Source: Camelus ferus (taxonomy: Eukaryota). Taken from it: a stretch of 64,000 nucleotides of DNA. A program made the position numbers and the translations under genes. The notes beneath the pieces were generated by a model, which saw only the letters and a list, made by a program, of their open reading frames with translations, searched no databases and had not been told where the DNA came from. This document shows, piece after piece, positions 52,205 through 64,000 of this stretch. Each line of letters opens with the position of its first letter. The first letter of the stretch is position 1. Location: positions 118,174,001-118,238,000 of the forward strand of contig NC_045697.1 of assembly GCF_009834535.1 (NCBI RefSeq), read 5' to 3'.

Positions 52205-52800
52205 TTTGTTATCAAGAAAGTGCAGACTAAAACCATAGCGTAATAACACCAGAATGGCAAAGTGAACCACATTGTAACAAAGTATATCATCAATGTCGAA
52301 TGTCGATGAGAATGTGTAACCATTGAGACTCTTGTGTGCTACTGATAGAAGCGTAACTTGGCGCAGCCACTTTGGAAGCCTGTTTGGCACTATCTACTAA
52401 AGAGTGACCCATGAATATGCTTTGATCTAGAGAGTCCACCCTTGATGTACACCCTAAAGAAATGTATGCTTATATCCTCCAAAAGACATGCACTACAACG
52501 CCCGTATCTGGTATCCACTGTAGCCCCAAATACGAGGCTACTCAAATGTCTACCAACAGTAAAATGAATGGATAAACTGTGGTTTACTTACATAGTGGCA
52601 TTCTACATACCAATATAAAAGAAGCATCCACAAGTATCTTCAATAATATGAGAGGATATCTTAAACACAGGGCTGAGCAATCAAAGTCAAATGTTAAAGA
52701 CTGTGTGCCCTTTTACTCCAATTTAATGAAGTACCAAATCAGGTTGAATCCTATCGATCATGTTAGAAACCAGAATTACAGCGGCCCCCTTGAAGGAGCT
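52205..52800 (+). mobile_element. Old L1 (L1MB/ME) ORF2 end + 3'UTR
   Basis: GGCGCAGCCACTTTGGAAGCCTGTTTGGCACTATCTACTAAAG...GTACACCCTAAAGAAATG...AATGAATGGATAAACTGTGG. Confidence 0.7.
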
Positions 52801-53455
52801 ACCACACGTCAAAAACAACCATGGTTTGTGAGCCCAGAGCAGTTTGAGATCTCCTTTATTGAAGAACAGTTTACATGATCAGTATTTCTTATGAGCAGTT
52901 TAATCAAAGAGATAAATAGTTTGGGGCAAGGAATCAGTTAGTGTAATGGTTTTTAGATGAGGAGGCCTCGTTTTTTTGCAGCCTAGATTTGTTATGTCCT
53001 ATTGCACATTTGTTCAAGGGGTCTCATCGTTCAAAATGACTTGTTCCGTAGCCAGGATTAAAGCTTTTGTCTTGTGGAATTCAGCCAGACCCAACTCCAA
53101 GAAATGGCTTGAATACTAAATGCTATTTGCATGAGGTGATTCAGCACGCTGGCAAATTATTCAGTTCCAAACCGAGGCCTCTGTCACTTCTGTCTGTATG
53201 GGGTCAAGTGTACCTATGACCACCTCTGGAGTGGCTGTTTTAATGGGCTACTTTTGAATGGAAGCCACTAGTATCCCAGGTAGCATCCAGATGTCACCTC
53301 CATCTCTGTGGGGGCTCTGCTTTTTTTCTTTCTTTACAACTATCATTATTTGAGTTTCCCTTGAATTTTATTTGTCTCACTTTCCTTTATTGCATATTTA
53401 AATCCATTTAAGTCTATTAAATCCCTTTAATTTCCATTTCTCCATTCAGCACATG

Positions 53456-53841
53456 TTTTTTTCTCCTTTTCCAGCTTTATTAGGTAGAATTATTACAGTG
53501 CGACTGCACATACACGTTATATGGCGTGTAGATACATATCCACGGTACACTGCACTTGTTTTTAGTTTACATACATGTACCGATTATTGTTTCTAAGAAC
53601 AGATTTGAGCTTTAGCTTTTTAAACTTACATAGTTATCAAAGGAATAAAGCCAACTACAAAATAAGAATCAACAGAATGCGGTAATCCAATCCTAAAGGA
53701 CAGTCAGATGTGCTTGCACATATTCAAGAAATCAGTCACCTTAGTTATAAATAATAAGTAGTTCATTTGTGCCCTTATTATTATTGTCATTATTTTTAGA
53801 TTCCCCATATAAATGATGTCATATGGCATTTTTCTTTTTTT
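53456..53841 (-). mobile_element. L1-derived repeat with non-canonical 3' tail, copy B
   Basis: Reverse complement: L1 3'UTR start (GAAAAATGCCATATGACATCATTTATATGGGGAATCT...GGCACAAATGAACT) fused to the same tail as 14304-14621. Confidence 0.82.
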
Positions 53842-56424
53842 CCAGCCCACTGTTTAAACAGAAAAGATTATCTTAAAAAATTAGTTTCCGAACTCTCTTG
53901 GTCTTGTGATGCAGAAGCCGGTGGCATTGTCTTTTGCCTAAAACAAACAAACAGCAAACTTAGGCGTGAAGCTGGCCTTTCACGGAAATCACTTCCTCAT
54001 ATGTAATTAACAACCTAGGGTTACAATCTCCGGTCACAGAGAGAGGGAGTCACCCTTGAGCCTGTGGCGAGTCACACGCATCTAAATGTCATCTGTACCT
54101 TTCCCTTTTCGATGCTGCACAAAGTGGAATTTAGGGCCTGGCATCTGGTGCTGCTTACCTAGATTGGGAACAAATATCTAACATAACACCTGCTGAATTC
54201 AGCCCACTTGCCTGACAAAACTAGCAAATGCTGTGCACATAGTCCAACAGCAAAAATCAGGCTGCAGCCACTACACATGTGGGTGCACAGCGAGGGATCT
54301 CTGCAAGGCAGTAATTTTCTTAGGCCAGAAGGACCCATGCAAGTGTGCCAAGGACCAGATACTTTGTCATTCAAGGTCAAATGGAAGTGTTTACCCTCGC
54401 ATCAGCCATGAAACCCATACGCCATTGGTTTGGATGGAGAAGGAAGCCAACGGGTTGGCTGGGAGCTGCACTATTTGTTTAAGGATGGAGGGTGGAGATG
54501 CTCTCTGAAAAGTAAGCGATGTAAGAATGAGAAAATCTCAATGTCTGATACCTTAGCATCCGTCCAACACAGAATCCAGCAGATAAAGGCAGCTGCTGCG
54601 GCTTTACTATGGTTGGGCTTTTAGTGCTCACCCAGATCGCTCTTCTTCTGATCACACAGGAAGTCTGAACTTTCCAAGTCCTATTTCACCTTGTTCAGCT
54701 AGACCGTTGACCACATCTAGGCGTGAAGTGTGAGAAGCCAACCTTTACTTAATTTATGAACTGATTCGATGAATTCCCTGTAAAATCTCAACTCTATGCT
54801 CAAATTTTTCCTTTGCTTGTAAAATTACTACTGATGATATGTGAATAAATTATTTTCAACAGACTGTGGGACTTACCCCTTGGAATGTCCAGTCTCAATT
54901 AGAGAAGAAATCCCTGGTAAACAGAACAAATGTCACGGCTGAGAATCATAACACGTAAACAATGAGGGGTGATTCTGTGATCCAGGAGAAGGAGTTACTT
55001 AAATATGCATCACTCAAAGATCTTTACTTCAATAATTCAAACTCTTTCGGATTTTCAATCAAGAAATAAGTCATGCGTTACTAGGGACCTCCTCTTTCCA
55101 CAGCATACATTTTTACTGGTTTCTGAAGAAACGTAATAAAGCCATGTTGTCCTTAATGTACGTGACACTGAAAACAAACACACACACACACCACATTAAA
55201 GAAAAAGGGAAGCGTTGCTTCGAGTGAGTGGGAGTTTAATTACACAGAATTATTTTTCGATTTGACCTAGAGTGTAGGCTTTAAAAATAAAACATCTCAA
55301 GTCCTTAGAAAAATATGAGGGGTGAAACGGCTGGCGAAACTAGGCAGGAATACAGTACACACGATCGATGTGGTTGGTTTTTGTTTTTGTTTTATTTTTA
55401 ATGGCCACAGCCTTGGAAGCATGAGGCAGAAGGGAAATGAGAAATGAGGATCTAGAAAGGTGTTTGAATTTAGAATTCAAATTTAGAATTGGAATAAATG
55501 GGGCTAACTATTCACCAAATAGTCAAAAAGCAGTGTTACAAGTGATGGAAATTTTTGAGCAAAAAATTAAAACTTTGTATTGAATTATTTGAATTATTTA
55601 AAATTATTTGTATTAAATATATTGAATTATTTGGCCAAATTAAATGACATACACATTTTACATGCACAATTTTAACTCTTAGCATAATTTTCTGAATTAG
55701 GTATTATTTCAGATTTTCAGTTGAGAGAATAGTTAAAAAAAATAATAACTTCTACATTCTCCCAGATAATAAGGATGAAGCTTGGATTTGAACTTCATAT
55801 GTCTGATTCCAAGGCTTTTAATATTCCCAGTGGATCTCATTGCTTTAATTGGAAGTCATCTGTACTAACTTCATAAGAAAAGCAAATGGTAGCCCAGTTA
55901 CTTACAGACAAAAGGAAGACAGATTGGCTATCCTAAGTCCTGCTCTAGGACTCATTCTGCTAAACCAAGGTTCTGTTTATGATACTAGGTTAAGTCTGAA
56001 GTTTAAGAAACAAATAAAAAGTTTAATAAGAAATACTTGGTCTGCTATAAAGAACACAAATGTTAGAGTTCCACGCCATGACTTTAGATGGAAAATAATA
56101 CTTTCCCTGTAGGATTTTTATAGACACAAGTGATAACACATAAGTCCTTGGAACAGCATCTAGCTCGTGCTAAGGGATCGATATATGATAGTTACTGTTT
56201 CGTGTCTTTTTGCAGCCTGCTATTTGGGCTGAATGCAACCCAGACTGGTTTTCTGTGAACACAGGAAATGGCAGTAAACAGGCTAAAGTTATTGGAGTCA
56301 AATGAATTGGGTAACAGCAAGACAGGGACACGTGTGGCTGCATTTTTCTACAAAAAGAAAATCAGGCTGTCATATTAAAAATATAACAGTATTAGTTAAG
56401 GCATTAAAGATGAAATTTTGGTTC

Positions 56425-57380
56425 ATAGCACTCAATAACAAGAAAACAAACAATCCAATCCAAAAATGAGCAAAGATCTAAATAGACATTTCTCCAATGA
56501 AGACATACAAATGGCCAATAGGCACATGAAAAAATGCTCAGTATCACTAATCATCAGAGAAATGCAAATCAAAACTACAATGAGGTGTCACCTCACACCA
56601 GTTAGACTAGCCATCATTCAAAAGTCCACAAATAATAAATGCTGGAGAGGGTGTGGAGGAAAGGGTACCCTCCTACACTGCTGGTGGGAATGTAATTCTG
56701 TGCAGCCATTGTGGAAAACAGTAGGGAGATTCCTTAAAAGACTAAAAATAGAGTTACCCTATCATCCAGCAATCCCACTCCTGGGCATGTATCTAGAGGG
56801 AACCTGCACCCCAATGTTCACAGTAGCACTATTTGCAATAGACAAGACATGGAAGCAACCTAAATGTCCACTGACAGATGACTGGATAAAGAAGTTGTAG
56901 TATAGTTACAAATAGAACACTATTCAGCCATAAAAAATAGTAAAATAACGCCATTTGCAGCAATATGGATGGACCTGAAGAATGTCATTCTAAGTGAAGT
57001 AAATGAGACAGAAAAAGGCAAATATCATATGATATCACTTATATGTGGAATCTAAGAAATGATACAAATGTACTTATTTACAAAACAGAAATAGACTCAC
57101 AGACATAGAATACAATCTTATGGTTACTGTGGGAAAGGAGGTGGGAAGGGATAAATTTAGGAGTTTGACATTTGCAAATGTTAACCACTATATATATAAA
57201 AATAGATTAAAAAGCAAATTTTGTCTGTATAGTGCAGGGAACTATGTTCAATATCTTGTAATATTCTTTAATAGAAAAAAATATGAAAATGAATATACAT
57301 ATGTATATGCATGACTGGAACATTGTGCTGTACACCAGAAATTGACATACTGTAACTGTCTACTTCAATTTAAAAAAATA
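56425..57380 (+). mobile_element. 5'-truncated L1 (ORF2 C-terminus with CCHC + 3'UTR)
   Basis: ORF 56466-56900 [25 protein letters not shown]...[19 protein letters not shown]...WKQPKCP; artiodactyl-type 3'UTR and A tail. Confidence 0.93.
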
Positions 57381-58675
57381 AGAAAATTTCTGTGGAGTTG
57401 ACGCCATTTATCAATAAATTGGCAGAGCAATGCCAAAGACTATAATTCGAATGCAAATGGAACATAGAAATTTGAATTATTAATGCAAAGTATTATCACC
57501 TTTTCCCCTTTGAATATATACACATGTATATTACTCTCATTGCTTCTGCCTCCTGTGTTGTCACCTTGGGCTAACAACTGTGATACGATATTTAAGGACT
57601 GAAAAACGAATTTGCTTGCTGTGGGTCATAAAATCATGTTCTGAGCTCTCATGGGGGTGTGGCAGTCAGTGACCTCATTATTCCATCCTGACTTTTAAAG
57701 CAAAACATGGGCACATTGAACAACTCAAAGTCACTCCCTAAGAGTTTGGAATGAAGCTGGGTGGTTCAGGAGGTCTTTGAGGGGAGGCATCTGCTTCAGA
57801 TTAAGTTGTTTCCAGAGCAGAGAAGGAGCTCTCTGGGCATCGCTCTGGATGCAGACCTGTTCTCACTGCAGCACTCCATCGGCACCACTCCTCCAGCTCT
57901 CCGGCACGTCAGTCATCAGTCACGGAGCCACTGCCCTGAGCTTCTTTACAAGCCGGTCACACAGAGTGTAAAAATGAATGGTGGAATGTGCATTGGAGAG
58001 GGAGGGGTTTGGGGCAGTATTCCCTGATGTCCATCCCATCTCCACCTTCCCGAGGGGAGGAGGGATTTTTGTCCTTATTTAGTCTGGATCAGAAGTGTCA
58101 TGGCATCAGTGCATGATGGGGACTTCTAATCTGCAAGGCTAATTTTTTTGAAATGAGAGCATAATGAGCCAAAGGTTATATTCAGACACTGGAGGTTCCT
58201 TCCTTTTCCCATCTTTCTTTGTCAGCCTCTGGGGCACTTGTCACCCCAAAATGTACGATCTCTTATCAGCCCAGAGGTTCCTGCTTTTCCTTCTCCACCC
58301 AGGGACCCTGGTACTCACATGATGTATGGTTTCCTGCATTCGGCCTGTGGCCCCCTTCTTCTGCTACCTGCCTGCTCTAACAGTACCACTCTTTGTCTTT
58401 ACCAGTTCATTGTTTTGGTTGTCATCACACCTGTTCTGAAATGACCAAGAACTTTGTACTCAAATTTCAGATTAGAAAACTTTGGACTTCCATAGAAGAC
58501 ATATTCCAGGCCTTTCCCAACACTCAGCCAAATATTAATGAAAAGAAAAACAGAAACATAGAGGAATTAATTAGTTTATAGAGGTAGCTTCCTTTTGGGT
58601 TTTGTTCAACACATTTTGAGCACCTTCCATCTGTCTCTGGACTGGACACTTGCATTCCTCACAAAGACATCCTTT

Positions 58676-58858
58676 TTTTTAACTTTTTTTTTTTTATTGA
58701 GTTATAGTCATTTTACAATGTTGTGTCAAATTCCAGTGTAGGGCACAATTTTTGCAGTTATACATGAACATACATAAATTCATTGTCACATTTTTTTCTC
58801 TGTGAGCTACCACAAGATCTTGTATATATTTCCCTGTGCTATGCAGTATAATCTTGTT
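58676..58858 (-). mobile_element. Short young L1 3' end
   Basis: TTTTATTGAGTTATAGTCATTTTACAATGTTGTGTCAAATTCCAGTGTAG; same 3'UTR as the copies ending at 14180 and 61951; short repeat ATCCTTT at both flanks. Confidence 0.88.
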
Positions 58859-60300
58859 ATCCTTTGAGTTGCCTCATTTTCTTAAATGGTGGAGCTGTTA
58901 GCATTTTGTATGGAATGATTATTTGTGTTTGTCATATTGCAGGATATGAAGCATCCTTGGCTTTTGTCTACTAAAAACCTACAGTCCCTTCCTTCGTTAC
59001 AGTGGCTGCCAAATACACCACTCATATCCTTACTGTAAGATGTGTTCCACTCAAAAACCACTCTACTTGAATTTTACGCTAAGATAATTTAAGTATCATT
59101 TCAATAACTAGATAATTCAAGAGTCAAGAGAACATCATTCTGAAATCTGTTCCATCTTGTTCCCTGTCTGAGAGCTTTATTTGTTCACACCTAGTTCCTT
59201 CACTTCTTTTCTAGGCGAACAGCTCAGCTGCTCTGTGGCAACACGGTTTCTAGAGTGATGACCTTTTCCTTGGAGACAAAAAGCTTCAAGTCCGCTTCCT
59301 GACAAAAGGCTTTTTTATTCTTCCTCTTGCAAAGCTGTCCTTTCCTACTTAACTGCCCACTATGTTCTGATTCCCTGTCTGAGGCAAGCCTTCTGTTCCC
59401 TGCGGATTTGCCAGGAACAGATGAGTAGCAGCCTTGAGTCATCAAGGAATTTCCAGTTGGGTTAGCAGATTTAACCACTTCCAAGATACCCTTTTGTGAA
59501 TCACTTAGATTTGTACTTTCCCCTCTCGAATCCTTCAGATGTTCCTTTGCAACCACATCCCCTCGGTTTTATAACAAAAACCCGCACCATACTTTCAGTG
59601 ACGGTAGTAGGCCTCTCCTACCTATCTTGAGAACTGTTTTCTCACACTCGGTGCGCGAAGAGCAGGGATGTGTCTGAGAGCCGAGGGCAAGCTCCGTGTA
59701 CCCCGCTGTGAGACTGCGGGCTGCCCTTTAGTGTTTCTGCCTGTGTGTCTCTATTTTAAGTGAAGGGCAGGGCCAGGGAGCCTTTCAAACATCCAGCAGA
59801 GCTGTGATTGGAGATTCAAGGCTCATAGAAGTTGGGTAGTTTTGGTCTTGCGAAGCTGAAAATGAGTGATATTTGTATTTTCAACTCTAGTGTGAGGTCA
59901 CATGTAGTTCTTGTGTAGTCACTGAGTTGTGATGAACAGTTTAAGGGACTTAAAAGAAGCCTTGTAGAAAACGCGCTAAGTAGCTTCTGGGCTGTCCTTC
60001 TAGAAGACTCTCTGGATTCTGATTCTTTTCCCAGTTTATGCTTTCCCAACCTGTTTTGCTGTTTCCAAGCCCCACTGTCCATGCAAACCAGGGAAACCCC
60101 TGAGTGGCCCCCAGCCAAGCCTTTATGTGAACATAATTCAAGCTGAGTATGGTAATACGTTTCTAAATCAAATGATTCCTCAGGAGGACATAAAAATGAA
60201 AAGAGGAAAATCAAATGCAAATTAGTTGTATATTCAATGTTTCAAATCACTACCTTCAAACTGAGCTGTGTGAAAAGATAAAACTATTTTTTGTATATTT

Positions 60301-60400
60301 CTTTTTTATTGAAGTATAGTCAGCTTACAATGTTTTGTCAGTTTCTGGTGTACAGCATAATGCTTCAGTCATACATAAACATACATGTATTATTTTTAAT
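60301..60400 (-). mobile_element. Short L1 3' end
   Basis: TTTTATTGAAGTATAGTCAGCTTACAATG...TTTCTGGTGTACAGCATAATG. Confidence 0.8.
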
Positions 60401-61275
60401 GAATGTTTTCAACTTACTTACATCCACATAGCTTAACATGCTATATCTAGTCTAGTATATATTTGAGGACATATTTTAAAAGTCAGTGAAGTGTAGCTAT
60501 AGTAAATAATGAACTAAAAATGCTTATGGCTGTAGGGGTATATTTGGAAATAGATTCAAGAACATAGATTAAGTGACATACAAATTTAATGCTATTGTTG
60601 CATTCAGTCTACCCTTTCCCTTGCTCCACGAGTCCATACTTTTTATGTTCTGTAAATATGAGTTTTGATTCTGAAATGTTTCTGTTACAATTTCTTTTAC
60701 TGAAAGATGCAAGAAAATGAAGAAGCCCAATTAAAGCAACATCCGCCAAGTCAATAGTGAGATCTCTTGTAAGTGTCGGACACGACGTAGGGGTCGGAGC
60801 TTTACAGGGTGAGAGCGTTTTAGGTCCTGAGTGACTGCATCTCGGGAAGACGAGGATACGGAATCAGTTCCCGGCTCAAGCTCTGCCGTGGCCCCTCTCA
60901 CTTAGGATAAAACCAAAGCACTTAGAGCAGCTTCCAGGCACCGCACGCTCTGTCTGCATGGCGACCCCCGACCTCGTCCGCCTCTCTCCCAGGCACTCTG
61001 CCCAGCCCAGGCCCCACCCCCTAATCCCTCCGCCCTGCTCCCACTTCAGGGCACCTGCGCGGCCTGTCTGACGCTGCTTCCTCTGACTCGCTCATGTCCT
61101 GTAAGCATCTGCTTAAATATTACCTTTCTGGTAAAAACTACCACTGTATTTTTCATTGTAACCCATTCCATATCCCAGTCGCTTCAAAACTAAACCATCA
61201 GGATAACAGCTCACCTTGCTGTATTGTTTGCTGCTTTTCATGACATTTAATGGCTTTTAAAAATACTGTGTGATT

Positions 61276-61951
61276 CTCCTGGGCATATATCCAGAAGGAA
61301 CCCTACTTCAAAAAGACACCTGCACCCCAGTGTTCGTAGCAGCACTATTTACAATAGCCAAGATATGGAAACACCTCAATGCCCATCAACAGATGACTGG
61401 ATAAAGAAGATGTGATATATTTATACAATGGAATACTACTCAGCCATAAAAAACAACATAATGCCATTTACAGCAACATGGATGGACCTGGAGAATGTCA
61501 TTCTAAGTGAAGTAAGCCAGAAAGAGAAAGAAAAATACCATATGAGATCGCTTATATGTGGAATCTTAAAAAAAAAAAAGAAAGAAAAGAAAAAGACAAA
61601 CATAAATACAAAACAGAAACAGACTCACAGACATAGAATACGAACTTGTGGTTGCCAGTGGGGAGGAGAGTGGGAAGGGACAGACTGGGAGATCGAAATT
61701 TGTAGATACTGACAGGTATATATATAAAATAGGTAAACAAGATTATATTGTATAGCACAGGGAAATATATACAAGCTCTTGTGGTAGCTCACGGTGAAAA
61801 AGAATGTGGCAAAGAATATATGTATATTCATATATGACTGAAAACTTGTGCTTTACACTGAAATTGGCACAACATTGTAAACTAACTATAACTCAATAAA
61901 ATAAAATTTTTTTTAAAAAGAGCATAAGTATCACAACGGGCTGACCATTAA
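61276..61951 (+). mobile_element. 5'-truncated young L1 (ORF2 C-terminus + 3'UTR) inserted in an L2
   Basis: 17-bp TSD AAAAATACTGTGTGATT at 61259-61275 and 61952-61968; MEYYSAIKNNIMPFTATWMDLENVILSEVSQKEK ORF2 tail. Confidence 0.93.
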
Positions 61952-62041
61952 AAAAATACTGTGTGATTTACTTACGTATTTAATTTTCTGTATATCTATC
62001 TATATCCCCATAGAATGTAAACAGCAAAAAAGCAGACTGGT

Positions 62042-62361
62042 TGCTATGGTCTGACTGTGTCCCCGTAAGTGCACTCGCTGCCACCTCAATGCCCAGTGTG
62101 GCGGTGTCAGCAGGCAGAGCTGCTGGGGAAGATTAGACCAGGGGCGGAGCCGCCCTTGTGAAAGAGACCAAGGGAGCGCCCTCGTGCCGGCCACCAGGCG
62201 AGGACACAGTGAGAGGTGGGCGCTCTGCAACCCGGAAGGGGGCCTCGCCCAACCGTGCCCCCCCATTTCCGACTCCGTCTCCAGCACTGTGACAGATTTC
62301 TCCTGTTTATCAGCCGCCCTAGGGGGTGATTTTGTTATAGCAGCCTGAACGGGCTAAGACT
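62042..62361 (+). mobile_element. MaLR LTR (MLT1A-like)
   Basis: TGCTATGGTCTGACTGTGTCCCC...GAGGACACAGTGAGAG...TCCAGCACTGTGA...TTTTGTTATAGCAGCCTGAACGGGCTAAGAC. Confidence 0.82.
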
Positions 62362-62589
62362 ATTGTTCATCTGCTTTGTTCGTTAACGTGTCCCAATCGC
62401 CTGAAACAATGCGTAGCTCACACTGAATGCAGTTCTCCCTTGACCAACACCGGGCGGCGCTGCGCAGGTCTGCTCCGACGTGGGTTCTCCAGCCTCTGCG
62501 AGGCGCAGGGCTCAGATGTACTCAGTAAATAGGAGAAGCATGGTTAGGTGATGCTGGCAGTGATGGTGACGCTGACCACGATGAGTGAT

Positions 62590-62805
62590 TACCCTGTCTT
62601 CTACCCGGGGCTAAGAAACGTGCTTCCATGATTGCCCCCAAATCCCCCCCAAATACTATGGCACCTGGATATTATGATTCTTATTTTGTCAATGAAAATT
62701 AAAACCCATGACTTGAGAAGCTGAGGAATATGTCCCAAATTCCACAGCTGGTAAACCACCTGAGCTTGGTCTGTCATATTTCAAAGTCAGCGTTCTTACC
62801 CTGTA
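62590..62805 (-). mobile_element. MIR SINE
   Basis: TATTATGATTCTTATTTTGTCAATGAAAATT...TGTCCCAAATTCCACAGCTGGTAAA...TTCAAAGTC. Confidence 0.55.
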
Positions 62806-63344
62806 TAAGTCTATCATCCCTAAAGTCGTAATTCAGGGGAGTTAATTTTATGCTTGCTTGGACCTCTAACCAATAAAAGAATTATGTTTATTGTATACGG
62901 TCAGTATCTTGAATATGCTATACTGCAGTGTTCATCATGTCTTTTAACAAATCCATTTGATTTTTAGACACAGTTATTATTTATCTCCCTTCTAGTCACT
63001 GTATAAAACTCCGTGAATTCATTCTTACAGTTAGCCTGTGAAAGCCCATCAGCACCAATGCATTATTTGGACATGAAACACGTAGAGTGAAGACTTTTAT
63101 TACCTTGTCTTGCCTGATAACACAAAATCACAAATAAAAGTGACAGGTCGTGGTGGGAGTGATAGTGTCAAGGGCGGGAAAGCAATAAAAGCCTAAAGAT
63201 TCCAAGTGGCGACGTTAAAAATAAAACACGCAAGAGGGACAATAGTTATTGTCAGCAAGGGGTGTGTGTCATGAAGAGTGGAGGTGGAGATCAGGAAGAA
63301 GTGCATAAAGCTAAGCAGATGGGAACCGCCTCCATCTTCCATCA

Positions 63345-63510
63345 AGTGTGTTACCCCAGCCGCTCGGTGCACCCCCTCTCTTCAGTTTGCTCATTTCCAA
63401 ATTGGTGATAAAAATAGAGCCTGTCTCAAAGAGGTGTGTAGAGAATAAGGTGAGTTTATACATTTAAAATGGTTAGAATCCGAGCCTAGAGGCGTAAATG
63501 TTTTCTATGA
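63345..63510 (+). mobile_element. MIR SINE
   Basis: TTCAGTTTGCTCATTTCCAAATTGGTGATAAAAATAG...TGTAGAGAATAAGGTGAG. Confidence 0.6.
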
Positions 63511-64000
63511 CCAGCTGCGCGATTCTGATGCGCAGAAATGCATCTCTTTTCTCTCCTGTGATGGACATCAGCTATTGCTGAATGATTGGACCTGCGACGT
63601 ATCTGCTTAGAAGTAGGAAGATTCTAATTCCAGTCGCTTTAAGACTGTTCCCGTTCCTTCTTTTCCTTCTCGGGAGCATCTGGGCACAGGTGGAAACTGA
63701 CAACGTCACGACGGAGAAGGCAATAGTCTGTCACCCGAGTTGCCCTCCAGGTCCTCTCCTGGCCCTTGGGCTCATGTTAGCATCCCTACAAATGTCAGTG
63801 GTCTTATGACGGCTAGATTTTCCCGCACTCTGCCCGTCTCCATCTGGACCGCCAGCAGCTCACCTATGTTGATCCTTGGAGCTCCAGGAATGACTGAGTT
63901 TCCATCATGAGCAGGAAATGGTGGGGAGGGGGCATTAATCCAGGTGCTTTCTCTGCCTCATCAGACAACGTCACTGTTTCACACTAAGGGGGCCTCCCCA

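Larger units (their letters stand above)
60860..62430 (+). mobile_element. L2 3' region split by L1 (61276-61951) and MLT1A (62042-62361)
   Basis: CTCACTTAGGATAAAACCAAA...CTTCAGGGCACCTGC...CTGCTTAAATATTACCTTTC...TAGAATGTAAAC...TTGTTCGTTAACGTGTCCCAATCGCCTGAAACAATGC. Confidence 0.65.

Noticed and set aside
55575..55635. Repeated GAATTATTT units resembling a repeat-spacer array
   Set aside because: Low-complexity slippage duplications in mammalian DNA; no CRISPR-like regular repeat/spacer structure
59224..59556. 110-aa minus-strand ORF in unique DNA
   Set aside because: GTG start, an in-frame stop just upstream, no clear splice acceptor and no recognised homology

Overview
AT-rich eutherian genomic DNA, most likely from a camelid (alpaca, llama or camel): it carries three copies of a tRNA-derived SINE matching my recollection of the camelid Vic-1 family, plus artiodactyl-type L1 3' ends. 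I recognise no host protein-coding gene. The informative ORFs in the track are L1 ORF1/ORF2 remnants and the rest look like chance ORFs, so the window appears to be intergenic or deep intronic DNA dense in retroelements (young and old L1, L2, MIR, MaLR/ERVL/ERV1 LTRs, hAT MITEs). Main points of interest: (1) a 3.06-kb TSD-bounded L1 (11119-14180) that keeps its 5'UTR, ORF1 and 3' end but lacks nearly all of ORF2, with the junction on an AG matching a CAG in intact copies (half-L1/HAL1-like, spliced or deleted); (2) two dispersed inverted copies of an L1 3' end fused to the same non-canonical ~300-nt tail, sharing a 70-nt identical core; (3) an L1 with a 17-bp TSD enclosing a probable short 3' transduction; (4) a MER41-like ERV1 solo LTR with an intact 4-bp TSD; (5) a small orphan CpG island with a strong splice donor and several candidate exons and enhancer motifs. 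Family names are from recall of consensus sequences, not a database search, and boundaries of old repeats are approximate.
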